64,000 bases of DNA, from NCBI GenBank assembly GCA_041740355.1, contig JBGSMD010000046.1:102546-166545 (forward strand), read 5' to 3'. Source of the stretch: Bdellovibrionota bacterium. Lineage in GTDB: Bacteria; Bdellovibrionota_C; UBA2361; CALJRW01. The translations under genes and the position numbers were made by a program. The notes below the pieces were generated by a model, which was not told the DNA's origin, ran no database searches, and saw nothing but the letters and a program-made list of their open reading frames with translations. Within the stretch, counting starts at the first letter, position 1. Every line of letters starts with the position of its first letter. Shown here piece by piece: positions 8,956-18,917 of this stretch.

Positions 8956-10953
8956 GTGTCGTTCTCATTAACAGAAAACCTTCCAGTTCTTACCAATGCT
9001 CTTCAGTATAAAGACGCCTTGCCCGCAGCACTACAGCGAGATTTAAATCTCGCCTGTTTTGCAATCGTCTCAATTTTATTTGATGTAGATTTAAAAGCTA
9101 ATCCAGATGAAGCTATTCGTGTTGTTAAGCAGCTAGATTTTAGTAAAGCAAAATTACCAACAATCACCGATCATACATCTCTCGAAATCGTACTTAGTTC
9201 CCTAACAAAGCTTCGCGTAAATCAAGGAACATTTTTGCCCGCTAGTGAAATCATTGCAGAGTTAGTTAATTGTTCTATAGTTCAACGCAAGTTAGATAAG
9301 ATCGAAATACTAGGCGAAAGTTATGGGGTTCTTGAATATTATGGCAGTCAGTTTCCGCTGTTAAATAGAAGTCTGATCATTGATACTCCACTTGGTCGAA
9401 TTAAAAATGTGCTGGAGATTAATTCTAGGTTTAATAAGGCGATTGTAGAAATTATTGAGAGTAGTCCAAATATTAAAGGAAAAGATCGCTTGTGTGTTAT
9501 TGTTGGAGGTCGACCTGTATTATCTGTTGGGACAGTGATTCCTAATGAATTTAAATATATCACCTTTAACTCAGCAGGAATTACAGAAGGGATCTATCAA
9601 TTGGGAGGAGAGGCTTATCTTTTTCAATCAAATAAAACATTAGATCTAGATTTAGAAGGTGATTTTGTTAAAGCTGAGTTTGTAAAAAACACCAGTAGAC
9701 CAACCGGAATTATTGCCACCTCAAAATTTATCTATTTAGTGAATCACGGAGAGTTGCATGACAAAATCTCCATTCAGCATTACTCTGATTTTCAACTTAA
9801 TGTCGCTTTAGTGGAAAGTGAAAAATCACGGCAGGTTGTATTTTGGGGCGTCGTAAAAGCAAAAGAATGGGAGATTCCTTTTTTGAATTACGATCTTAGT
9901 CGTCCTAATTTGAAAGATTTACCACGGGAACCATTAGAAGAAGGTATTCCCAAGGAAGAGAGCGTAGTAATGACGCTGAGTTCAGAACCTGTTTTCTATC
10001 GAGGACAACTATATTTTCAGGCTGAGATAGCAGATAGAGGTACTGCTTTCTGTATTGTCTCACTGGATTCAAATGGAACACCTAGTGTTAATTCAATCTT
10101 TTCTGTAAACAGTTGTGCCGTCGAATCATTTGAGCCGATGGATGATTTTAGTAGATTAGGAAATGCATTGGTTCGAGCTGCAGGAGAAACTTTTTGTTTG
10201 CTCAATGGTAATTTTTACCATCAGTCAAAAGATCTACAGTTTTTAAATGACTTACCTTGTCAGGTGTTGGGCGACTCAAAAGAAGTATTTTCCAAACTAT
10301 TGTTTACCGAGACTGGTTGGAAAATTATTATTGATTCTGAAAATTCCTTTAATCTAAATTCAGTTATTTTTCCTTCAGCTACTGAATCCCCGATTGGCAT
10401 CCATGTTAACTCTAATAATGAGTTGACCTGCTTGACGCAGCCTACTTTGGGAGACGCACTAGTATTATATTGTTCTAATCATCCAATCGGTTTGCTGGAA
10501 GTTGATGATTTTCAAAGCCTGCTTGGTGTTCATTATTATGATAACAAGCACATTTGCTGTTTGTTTAAAGCTAAAGATGCTTATGTCAGTCTGACCTTTG
10601 AGGAGATTGGAGATGATTTATTTCCAAGGAGTTCATTAACCTTAACGGATGCGCAGATAACACCAATGGGATTGATAGGTAACTTGGAATCGAAGGACCC
10701 AATAATGATTATTAATGATCAGACCCTTTCTGGATATCAGTATCAAAGTTACAATACGGTAAGACTGATATCCGGTGGTCGGTTGCACTGTATTCAAACA
10801 GATCGAGGAGTTGTTATCATGACCGATGATCAGCAAGAGAATGAGATTTATCATGATTATCAAATTACTAGGGACCTACAAGCCAATTTAATAATTGCAA
10901 AAAGTGATCCAACCGTTCAAATTAGTTTTCGATTTAATCAGATTCAAAATTAA
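8956..10953 (+). CDS. Hypothetical protein (helical N-terminus, beta-rich remainder)
   Basis: 665-aa uninterrupted ORF with GTG start; no family motif recognised. Confidence 0.7.
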   Translation: MSFSLTENLPVLTNALQYKDALPAALQRDLNLACFAIVSILFDVDLKANPDEAIRVVKQLDFSKAKLPTITDHTSLEIVLSSLTKLRVNQGTFLPASEIIAELVNCSIVQRKLDKIEILGESYGVLEYYGSQFPLLNRSLIIDTPLGRIKNVLEINSRFNKAIVEIIESSPNIKGKDRLCVIVGGRPVLSVGTVIPNEFKYITFNSAGITEGIYQLGGEAYLFQSNKTLDLDLEGDFVKAEFVKNTSRPTGIIATSKFIYLVNHGELHDKISIQHYSDFQLNVALVESEKSRQVVFWGVVKAKEWEIPFLNYDLSRPNLKDLPREPLEEGIPKEESVVMTLSSEPVFYRGQLYFQAEIADRGTAFCIVSLDSNGTPSVNSIFSVNSCAVESFEPMDDFSRLGNALVRAAGETFCLLNGNFYHQSKDLQFLNDLPCQVLGDSKEVFSKLLFTETGWKIIIDSENSFNLNSVIFPSATESPIGIHVNSNNELTCLTQPTLGDALVLYCSNHPIGLLEVDDFQSLLGVHYYDNKHICCLFKAKDAYVSLTFEEIGDDLFPRSSLTLTDAQITPMGLIGNLESKDPIMIINDQTLSGYQYQSYNTVRLISGGRLHCIQTDRGVVIMTDDQQENEIYHDYQITRDLQANLIIAKSDPTVQISFRFNQIQN

Positions 10954-11256
10954 AAAAATTCTCAATATTGTTTTATAATTTACCTCATTAGCAAAAATTT
11001 TATTTTTAGCAGGCAAAAAACTGAGTAACTTAGTTTTTTTATAGTTATATCTATAGTTTAGGTGTTTTATGAAAGTTTAATTGTTGTAATTAATTATAAA
11101 ATTCTTTCTAATCCATTGTGTAAGAAATTTACCTCCTCTATAAGGTAGCATTCAAAAGGCTGAGAGTTTTTAACTTAGTCTTAAAGATAAACTCAGATCT
11201 ACTCTTTTCAGAAGTTAGATCTTGAGCTTACTATAGTTCTTATCATAAGCCTTTGC

Positions 11257-11610
11257 TTGTTAATAAAACTCAGTTTGCATTTAATGCCTTCTATGTGTGG
11301 TTTGTTTCTACGGAAACTTTTTCTGGTACTTCTAGTCTTCTCTGGCTTTGTTCAGGTAGTCAGCGATATTCACAATTCATGTGATAGCTCAATCAATAAA
11401 ACTTTAGAAATTAAAAAGTTAGAATCAAGAGACGATCTTGATGGTTTTCAATCATTGGACTTGCTGAAGTATCTAGCACGTGGCTCCAATTTTGAATTTG
11501 AAATTCAGCAAGTTTTAATTACTACTCTTACAGAACAGCAATATCATCCAATCTTTTCTCAAGAAATAAAGTTTACTTACTCTGGTCGAGCCCCTCCGGT
11601 AGTTGCTTAA
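11257..11610 (+). CDS. Putative ribosome-arrest leader peptide (N-terminal hydrophobic segment, C-terminal RAPP)
   Basis: RKLFLVLLVFSGFVQVVS near the N-terminus; ends YSGRAPPVVA*, with RAPP codons at 11587-11598. True start may be ATG 11284 or 11293. Confidence 0.6.
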   Translation: MLIKLSLHLMPSMCGLFLRKLFLVLLVFSGFVQVVSDIHNSCDSSINKTLEIKKLESRDDLDGFQSLDLLKYLARGSNFEFEIQQVLITTLTEQQYHPIFSQEIKFTYSGRAPPVVA

Positions 11611-11706
11611 TCTCTCATCGAAAAGACTACTTACTTACAAACGGCAGTAGTTTTTAGTTTGACCCAATCGTTCCACAATAAGCAACTTTAACAAACATTC
11701 TGCTAT

Positions 11707-13242
11707 ATGCATTTCCCAAATTTGACCAAGTGTTGCTCACGCGACATGGTGAAAGATCTGAATTCAGGTTTTCTTGTATTTTTAATAACTCTACCATTAT
11801 GTATGGCCATTGCTGTGGCTAGTGGTTGCCCACCAATCTCTGGGATTATCACTTCGATTCTTGGAGGCTTGCTTACAGGCTTAATTGGCGGAGCAAAGTT
11901 ATCCATCAAAGGTGCTCCCGCTGGTTTAATTGTAATTGTTTTAGCAGCCGTTACTGAGCTAGGTGTTAATGGAGATCCACTATCTGGATATCGAGCGGCA
12001 TTAGCAGTGGGTGTAATTGCTGGATTCTTCCAGATTTTACTAGGATACTTTAAGCTTGGAAAGTTTATTGATTATATTCCAGCTGCAGTTGTCCATGGAA
12101 TGATTTCTGCTATTGGACTGATAGTGATGGCCAAACAGATTTATTTCTTGTTGGGGATGAAGGCTGTTGGTAAGTCACCAGTAGAGCTACTCAGTCATCT
12201 TTTTCAAAGTTTACATTTAGCAAATCCCTTGATTGCCATGATTGGACTCGTTAGTTTGGTAATCATGGTTTGTTCCCTACATCCAAAACTTAAAAGATAT
12301 TTCAAATTGCCTGGGGCATTAGTTGTCCTGTTATTTGCAATCGGAGTAAGTTTTGTTTTTCAACTCGGAACTAGTACCTCCTACCAATTCATGGGTACTA
12401 ATTACAAACTAGATGATTCATTTTTAATCCATCTTCCAAATTCACTAATTCAAGGATTAGTTATTCCTGATTGGAGCACTTTAGGAACTTTAACAGCTTG
12501 GAAGTTTATTTTTCTATTTGCTGTCATTGGTTGTATCGAGTCTTTGCTAACAGTTAAAGCTATTAATCAGACTCAAGGTCCAGACGAGCAAGCTAACTTA
12601 AATAAAGATTTGATCTCGATTGGAGTGGTAAATAGTCTCGCTGGAATGATTGGGGGAATTCCGATGATCTCGGAGATCGGTCGTAGTAAAGCAAATATTG
12701 ATTTTGGTGCCACTAGTGCACGGAGTAACCTAATACACGGAGCATTGTTAGTTGTAGCAGTTGTATTTTTTGCAAGCCTTTTAAATCATGTTCCGATCGC
12801 GGCACTAGCAGCAATTTTAATCTTTATTGGATACCGACTTTTCTCGATTACGGAATGGAAGCATTCTTGGCAACAAGGTAAGGCGATATTCGCGGTGTTC
12901 TTTGTAACATTTGCCGTGACAGTTGCTGTTGATTTATTGGCCGGTGTGCTTATAGGTTTTATACTTTATTTAATTTGTGAAAGTTTTAAATGTCATTCTT
13001 TAAAAAGAGTTTTTTCTCCCAAATTTATAATTGAAGTTGAATCTGAGCAGGCAAGGATATCATTTACAGAGGGTTTGATTTTCACCAACTTTCCAAAGGT
13101 AAAAAAAGTAACGGAAAATGCTCTTACTCTTCATCAAACAGTATTAATTGACTGCCAGCAATGTTCGTTTATTGACGACGAATTTATGCAGGAACTTAAT
13201 AATTATGTTGCCGCCACTACTAGAGTGCAAAAATTAAGTTAA
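11707..13242 (+). CDS. SulP/SLC26-family anion transporter, probably bicarbonate
   Basis: DLNSGFLVFLITLPLCMAIAVASG, SIKGAPAGL, IESLLT, GGIPMISEIGRSKANI; short STAS-like C-terminus; adjacent to dabAB. Confidence 0.9.
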   Translation: MHFPNLTKCCSRDMVKDLNSGFLVFLITLPLCMAIAVASGCPPISGIITSILGGLLTGLIGGAKLSIKGAPAGLIVIVLAAVTELGVNGDPLSGYRAALAVGVIAGFFQILLGYFKLGKFIDYIPAAVVHGMISAIGLIVMAKQIYFLLGMKAVGKSPVELLSHLFQSLHLANPLIAMIGLVSLVIMVCSLHPKLKRYFKLPGALVVLLFAIGVSFVFQLGTSTSYQFMGTNYKLDDSFLIHLPNSLIQGLVIPDWSTLGTLTAWKFIFLFAVIGCIESLLTVKAINQTQGPDEQANLNKDLISIGVVNSLAGMIGGIPMISEIGRSKANIDFGATSARSNLIHGALLVVAVVFFASLLNHVPIAALAAILIFIGYRLFSITEWKHSWQQGKAIFAVFFVTFAVTVAVDLLAGVLIGFILYLICESFKCHSLKRVFSPKFIIEVESEQARISFTEGLIFTNFPKVKKVTENALTLHQTVLIDCQQCSFIDDEFMQELNNYVAATTRVQKLS

Positions 13243-13249
13243 GGTTATA

Positions 13250-13299
13250 GCTGGCGATCGCGTTTAACAAAATTGCTAAGTTCAGGCGTGGTCGCTAGC
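13250..13299 (+). promoter_or_regulatory. Intercistronic RNA hairpin between sulP and dabA
   Basis: GCTGGCGATCGCGTTT (13250-13265) pairs with AGGCGTGGTCGCTAGC (13284-13299): 16 pairs, 5 of them G-U. Confidence 0.55.
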
Positions 13300-13324
13300 A
13301 GAGTGAATTGAAAGAGAGTATCTT

Positions 13325-16255
13325 ATGTTAATGCCAATTAACGACGAAATAAAAGTTATTGATTCTGATTCAATTCACTTGATTTTGGAAGAGTTAGCGG
13401 AATTACTTCCGAGTCAAGGACCGATTGATGTCTTTATTCATCATAATACTTTACATGGCCTAGAACATTTAAGTTTTTTTGAAGCAATAGAAACTGGCGC
13501 AAAGATTTTTGATGCTAGGTCGTATCTTGAGGAGAATCAATATCTCGAATTTTATCATGAAAATCGAATTCAATCAGTAGATTTAGATTACATTTTAGAG
13601 AAATTAGAGATTGACTCAAAAAAATTTCCAATCATAAAACGAATCTTACTTAATGTTCCTTTTGCTAAAACCTTTCAGCAAATTAAATGGTTATTAAGGG
13701 AAAGTTTTTTAGAATTACCAGAGGATTCAGAAACATTAGCGGCGGCAGTCAGCTGGATTCAATCTAGCAAGTTGCAGGAGGAAATAAAATTCTTAGAAAA
13801 GATTAATCGTCAATCTGCAACAGGTTTAAGGTCCTTGTTACAGGCTACGATTAGTGAAGGCCAGCGACATGAAATCATTAAAGAAGCGCTTTGGTCTCGA
13901 TGTTTACTTGCCGTTGTAGCTGAGAATATTCTTCCTGACCAAAATGTGGTTGAAAAAAATTCATTAATTATTGAAAAGGTTAATCCCTTTCTAATTAGAT
14001 TTTGTGAGGAGTACTTAGATCTGGGACAAGCAACAGTTGCTATGCCGAATAGAGCCACCGGACTGCTAAACTCTTTTTACAACTTAGTTAAGAGCTCTGA
14101 GATTTATTTACCTGATTGGCTTAGTAGCGTCAGCTGCAGTATTGAGAAATACCAATCACAAAAGCCTGAGGATATTTTATTAGAGATTATCACAAAAAAA
14201 GGTTTAAATTCAGTTGAAGCTAAAGAATTAATTTTCAGTGAAGTCTTAGCACTAAAAGGATGGGCTGGTTTTATTAGTTCAGCGGAACAGAATCCACATT
14301 ACTTGCACCACCTAGCAGGTGAAATAAAACCTAGCTTGATGGAGTTTGTTACACTAAGAATAATATTAGCAGATCTAGCGGAAGTGTTCTGTAGAAAAGA
14401 GTTATCCTTACAGCGCGAAATAGTGGATCGATCAACATTAAATAAATTCGATCACCTTTATCAGCTAGCATATCATTTATATTTAGTAGTGGTTGATGCC
14501 AGAGAAGTTAAAAAATCATTAACAGATTCTTTATATTTAGATCAGATTCTCGCCCAGCTTAATCTAGTTCCCCAATTAAAAAGGCAGAAAATTTGGCATT
14601 TGGCATACGAAGAAAATATTTACCGACGTGCTTTACAAGCGATTCAGTCTTGTGAGCCAGGTGATTCTTCTTCGCCTGAAATTATTGCTCAAATGGTTTT
14701 TTGTTTAGATGATCGGGAAGAGTCAATTAGAAGACATATTGAGAAGCAAAGCTCTAGTATTCAGACATTTGGAACGGCGGGTTTTTTTGGGGTTGATGCA
14801 ATTTATCAGTCAATTAGTGGTGAGCAAGCGCCTTTTTGTCCGATTGTTATTAAGCCAACTCACATAATTCGTCAGAAACCAAAAGAGAGCTCTAATCAGC
14901 GACTGGTTAATCTGCAAAAAAGACAACAAGTAAATCTCCATTTTAATAATTACTTAAGTCGTTTTTCGGGATCTATTTTTCATGGTTGGTTAATGACAAT
15001 CATTGGAATTTTCTCACTTTTCCCAATGCTCTTTAGTATTCTTTTTCCAAGACTGCGTAAGCCTTTTAGTAAGTTCTTTGATTTAGATGGAATGCTAACT
15101 ACTGAATTATCAGATTTGGAAATGGTAATTCCTGTTACTTCCGAGGATCCTTCCGAAATTGCAGGGTATACTGAATTAGAGATGGCTGATCGAGTAGCTA
15201 ATCTTTTGCAAACAATTGGCTTAACAAAAGAGTTTGGTAAATTAATCATTTTTTATGGACATGGTTCTTCTAGTCGTAATAATCCACTTAAGTCGGCATA
15301 TGACTGTGGAGCATGCGGCGGCCGGCCAGGGCGAATGAATGCACGGGCGATTGCCATGATGGTTAATCGGGTTGGCGTGCGAGAACTTTTAAAAAATTAT
15401 CATTCGATCGTGTTGCCGGAAGATACCTTTTGTATTGGTGCTTATCATAATACGTGTAACGATCAGGTACAGTATTACGATCTAGATTTATTGCCTGAGT
15501 CACACATAGTTTTTTTCGCTGGAATAAAAGAGTTAATGAATAAGGCCTGTAAAAGTAATTCTTTGGAGCGATGCCGTCGTTTTGGTCAAGTATCGGTGCA
15601 AACTCCGCTGGCAGCATATCGTGAAGTAAACTCAAGATCACAAACCTTAGCAGAACCTAGACCAGAATACGGGCATGCCGGGAATGCTCTATGTTTTGTT
15701 GGAAAAAGATCGGAGACTAAAAATCTATTTTTTGATCGACGAGCTTTTTTAGTTTCTTATGATTTTCAGGAAGATCCCAAGGCTCAGATATTAACAAACA
15801 TTTTAAAAGCGATTGTTCCTGTTTGTGGAGGAATAAATTTAGAATATTTTTTCTCAGCGCTAGATAATGAAGTTTATGGGGCAGGCTCTAAACTCCCTCA
15901 TAATATTGTTTCTATGTTGGGACTAATGAATGGAACTTGTAGTGATTTAAGAACTGGATTGCCACAGCAAATGATTGAAATCCACGAGCCAGTAAGATTA
16001 TTAATGGTTGTAAGTTGCGAACTTTCACAATTACAGGAGGCAATCCTACAAGATCCTACTGTTACTAGGATGATACATGGGCAATGGATAAGATTAATTT
16101 GCTGGGATCAATCACAGAAACTATTTTTTGATTATGATAGCGACGGGCTTTTTAAAGTAAAATCAGTCGAGCAGATAGCTCTGCCAGTAACAGAGAACTA
16201 TTTAACTAAGATTATTAAGCGCTCTGATAATTTAGACTTTCTTCGAATTAGATAA
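13325..16255 (+). CDS. dabA: DabA/MpsB (DUF2309), beta-carbonic-anhydrase-like subunit of an inorganic carbon pump
   Basis: FIHHNTLH; Zn-ligand motifs FCLDDREES, GHGSSS and DCGACGG; RPEYGHAGN, RRAFLVSYD, INLEYFFS, GSKLPHN, SDLRTGLP, HEPVRL. Confidence 0.93.
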   Translation: MLMPINDEIKVIDSDSIHLILEELAELLPSQGPIDVFIHHNTLHGLEHLSFFEAIETGAKIFDARSYLEENQYLEFYHENRIQSVDLDYILEKLEIDSKKFPIIKRILLNVPFAKTFQQIKWLLRESFLELPEDSETLAAAVSWIQSSKLQEEIKFLEKINRQSATGLRSLLQATISEGQRHEIIKEALWSRCLLAVVAENILPDQNVVEKNSLIIEKVNPFLIRFCEEYLDLGQATVAMPNRATGLLNSFYNLVKSSEIYLPDWLSSVSCSIEKYQSQKPEDILLEIITKKGLNSVEAKELIFSEVLALKGWAGFISSAEQNPHYLHHLAGEIKPSLMEFVTLRIILADLAEVFCRKELSLQREIVDRSTLNKFDHLYQLAYHLYLVVVDAREVKKSLTDSLYLDQILAQLNLVPQLKRQKIWHLAYEENIYRRALQAIQSCEPGDSSSPEIIAQMVFCLDDREESIRRHIEKQSSSIQTFGTAGFFGVDAIYQSISGEQAPFCPIVIKPTHIIRQKPKESSNQRLVNLQKRQQVNLHFNNYLSRFSGSIFHGWLMTIIGIFSLFPMLFSILFPRLRKPFSKFFDLDGMLTTELSDLEMVIPVTSEDPSEIAGYTELEMADRVANLLQTIGLTKEFGKLIIFYGHGSSSRNNPLKSAYDCGACGGRPGRMNARAIAMMVNRVGVRELLKNYHSIVLPEDTFCIGAYHNTCNDQVQYYDLDLLPESHIVFFAGIKELMNKACKSNSLERCRRFGQVSVQTPLAAYREVNSRSQTLAEPRPEYGHAGNALCFVGKRSETKNLFFDRRAFLVSYDFQEDPKAQILTNILKAIVPVCGGINLEYFFSALDNEVYGAGSKLPHNIVSMLGLMNGTCSDLRTGLPQQMIEIHEPVRLLMVVSCELSQLQEAILQDPTVTRMIHGQWIRLICWDQSQKLFFDYDSDGLFKVKSVEQIALPVTENYLTKIIKRSDNLDFLRIR

Positions 16256-16261
16256 TAACAA

Positions 16262-17587
16262 ATGATTAAGTTACTCTCCCAACTAGCAGCTCAAATAATT
16301 TTCATTCTACCTGTAATATCTTTAATAATAATTATTGTAGATCGCCTAGTTCGGCGCAAGGTAAATGAAAAACTAGTCGTTAGCACAATTCTTTACTCAC
16401 AGGCAATGTCTTTTATTGCCTTAAGCTTTATTTGGTTTTATTTTTTAATTGATGGAAGCTCTCCAATAAATTTTTTCAAAGTTGAATTATTAAACTTTGG
16501 AGAGCAATCAATTACTATTAGGTTTTTAATTGATCACTTGTCGTTGCCATTCATCAGCATCAATGTTCTTTTGGGTGCGATTGTTGGAATTTTTGCCTCA
16601 CGATATTTGCATCGAGACTCTGGTTATTTTCGCTTCTTTGTTTTGTATCATTTCTTTCTATTTGGAATGAACTTAATTGTATTGGCAGGAAATTTAACGG
16701 GGGTTTTTATCGGTTGGGAAATTGTAGGATTAACTTCAGCCTTGCTAATTGCCTTCTTTGCCTTTCGTAAACAAACGGTAACAAATTCTCTGCGAGCATT
16801 CTGGGCTTATCGCGTAACTGATACTGGACTGCTGTTAGCTTCCTTAATTGTTTTGAACCTTGGGGCATTAAGTTTTTCTGAACTAAAACTTATTCAACAG
16901 CCAATGATGATTAATTTAATTTTAATCCTTTGTTTGGTTTCAGCGATGGGTAAATCCGCGCAATTCCCTTTTGGTCATTGGTTACCTAAGGCGATGGAAG
17001 GACCTACACCTTCAAGTGCAATTTTCTATGGTGGGTTATCAGTTCATGCTGGAGTTTATTTAATTTTAAGAATTACAGATAGCATTGGACAGCCATTATG
17101 GTTCTCTGTTTTGTTAGTTTTAGTGGGATTAACCACGGTTCTCTATGGTTCGATTTTAGCGAAAATTCAGAGTGATGCCAAAAGCTCGCTGGCTTTTTCA
17201 GCTATGACTCAAGTCGGGATTATCTTTATTGAGCTTGGATTCGGTTGGACGATGATTGTCATTGTCCACTTTGTTGGGCACGCACTTCTGCGAACGTATC
17301 AATTGTTAAATGCCGCATCGTTACTCCACGATCATCAAGCATTTCAACATTCGATTGGTCAATATCAGCCAAAGAAAAACTCTCCTGGAAATACTATTTG
17401 GACAAAGATCTATCCTTATGTTTTCTGGGAAAATTACTCTAGCTTCTCTGACAAATGGAGTGTCTTGAATTTATTAGAAAAGGCTTCTAGTGCACTCAGA
17501 TTTTTTGATTACAAGTGTCACGATATATTGTTTCAATTGTTTGAGAAGACTTATCACTATTTTCTAAGATTTAAAATTAACCGCTAG
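16262..17587 (+). CDS. dabB: DabB/MpsA, NuoL/MrpA-like antiporter subunit
   Basis: SRYLHRDSG, GWEIVG, GKSAQFPFGHWLPKAMEGPTPSSA, HFVGHALLRTYQLL; directly follows dabA. Confidence 0.85.
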   Translation: MIKLLSQLAAQIIFILPVISLIIIIVDRLVRRKVNEKLVVSTILYSQAMSFIALSFIWFYFLIDGSSPINFFKVELLNFGEQSITIRFLIDHLSLPFISINVLLGAIVGIFASRYLHRDSGYFRFFVLYHFFLFGMNLIVLAGNLTGVFIGWEIVGLTSALLIAFFAFRKQTVTNSLRAFWAYRVTDTGLLLASLIVLNLGALSFSELKLIQQPMMINLILILCLVSAMGKSAQFPFGHWLPKAMEGPTPSSAIFYGGLSVHAGVYLILRITDSIGQPLWFSVLLVLVGLTTVLYGSILAKIQSDAKSSLAFSAMTQVGIIFIELGFGWTMIVIVHFVGHALLRTYQLLNAASLLHDHQAFQHSIGQYQPKKNSPGNTIWTKIYPYVFWENYSSFSDKWSVLNLLEKASSALRFFDYKCHDILFQLFEKTYHYFLRFKINR

Positions 17588-17588
17588 C

Positions 17589-18881
17589 ATGAAAACCAAG
17601 AATTTATATTTTATAGCAAGTGTTCTCTTCTTAGGGTTATTTCTTTTACTAATTACCGGATCCAGTACTCGACTTGCTAGCTATCTAGATTCTTCCGTTT
17701 TGCAAGTTTCGACATTGTTCTGTGGGGTGATCTTTAATTTAATGATGACACTTGTTTATTCTGCTTTCGGCCGACGGGTCTTTAAATTTTCATTTTCTGC
17801 TCTTTGGTTTTATTTACAAGTTATAATTAATTTTAGCTTACTAACTAATAGTATGCCGATATTTTTTATTTTAATTGCCTTAGCTTTGGTCGTCCATATT
17901 CGTGTTAGTAAACTTGACGTATTTCAAACAATAAAACATAGCCATCACTTTTTAGTATTTAGTGGTTTCTCTACAATTGCCCTAGTCTTGCTAGCAATCT
18001 TTGCCGGTAATGTCTTTTTTCTTAATGGCATTTATACAATTAGTCAGCTACAGGCCCAAACAGCCGAACTTAATCAATTCACTGTTTTATTAGGTGTTAT
18101 TATTCTAGCATTAATGGTGGGAATCTTTCCTTTCCACTTTTGGGTTAAGCCGATTTTTTTAGCACCGACACGATATGGATTAGCAGCAATCATTCGTTTA
18201 AATATAGGTTTTGTTTTTTGGTGTAAGTTTGGATTCCTAATGAATGCTGCTTTCCAACAATATCCCAAACTTATCTTGCTGATGCTAACTTCAAACTTAG
18301 TATACTCTGCTCTAATACTATTTGGAGAAAGAAAGCTGAGCGGAATTGCGGCCTCACTCTATCAATGGCATGTGCCATTGTTTATTTTAAATGGTGTACT
18401 GGTACAACATGGGGCTGCTATTCATTCGGTGATGGATTTTTTTAATACGTCCATTTGTATCTCAAGCTTAGTGATAATAATTGCCATGCTCCGCGATCGA
18501 ATTGGTCCCGAAAACTTAGATTCAGCTACAGGCCTAGCTATTTCCTTTCCGATATTTGGGCTTTCCTTCTTGTTTTGTGTCTTATCTTTGATCGGCTTCC
18601 CCGGAACTTTAGGGTTTATGAGTATCGAAATTTTATTACACAATCTAAGTCAAGATTATTGGCCAGTTGCTGGTTGCTTTGTACTGGCCTTAGCTTTAAA
18701 TGGTTATTCGTGTTTTAGAATATTTGGAGACTCCTTTTATGGGAATCCGCTACAAATTTATAATAAAATTTTTCAACCAAAACCAAGAGAAAAAATTGCC
18801 TTACTGATCTTGATATTAATTGTATTGGTTAATGGACTTGGACCAGACTTACTGGTTAGAATCTATAATTATGTTATTTAA
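17589..18881 (+). CDS. Second antiporter-like subunit (NuoM/MrpD-like)
   Basis: Multi-TM; GIFPFHFWV and LSLIGFPGTLGFMSIEILL; starts 1 bp after the dabB stop. Confidence 0.75.
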   Translation: MKTKNLYFIASVLFLGLFLLLITGSSTRLASYLDSSVLQVSTLFCGVIFNLMMTLVYSAFGRRVFKFSFSALWFYLQVIINFSLLTNSMPIFFILIALALVVHIRVSKLDVFQTIKHSHHFLVFSGFSTIALVLLAIFAGNVFFLNGIYTISQLQAQTAELNQFTVLLGVIILALMVGIFPFHFWVKPIFLAPTRYGLAAIIRLNIGFVFWCKFGFLMNAAFQQYPKLILLMLTSNLVYSALILFGERKLSGIAASLYQWHVPLFILNGVLVQHGAAIHSVMDFFNTSICISSLVIIIAMLRDRIGPENLDSATGLAISFPIFGLSFLFCVLSLIGFPGTLGFMSIEILLHNLSQDYWPVAGCFVLALALNGYSCFRIFGDSFYGNPLQIYNKIFQPKPREKIALLILILIVLVNGLGPDLLVRIYNYVI

Positions 18882-18917
18882 ACTTTTTAATAGTTATCAA
18901 AGTCTAATTAATTTCTC

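Noticed and set aside
16262-18881. Respiratory complex I (nuoL/nuoM) or Mrp antiporter operon
   Set aside because: No other nuo or mrp genes; position directly after a DUF2309 gene indicates a DAB-type pump.
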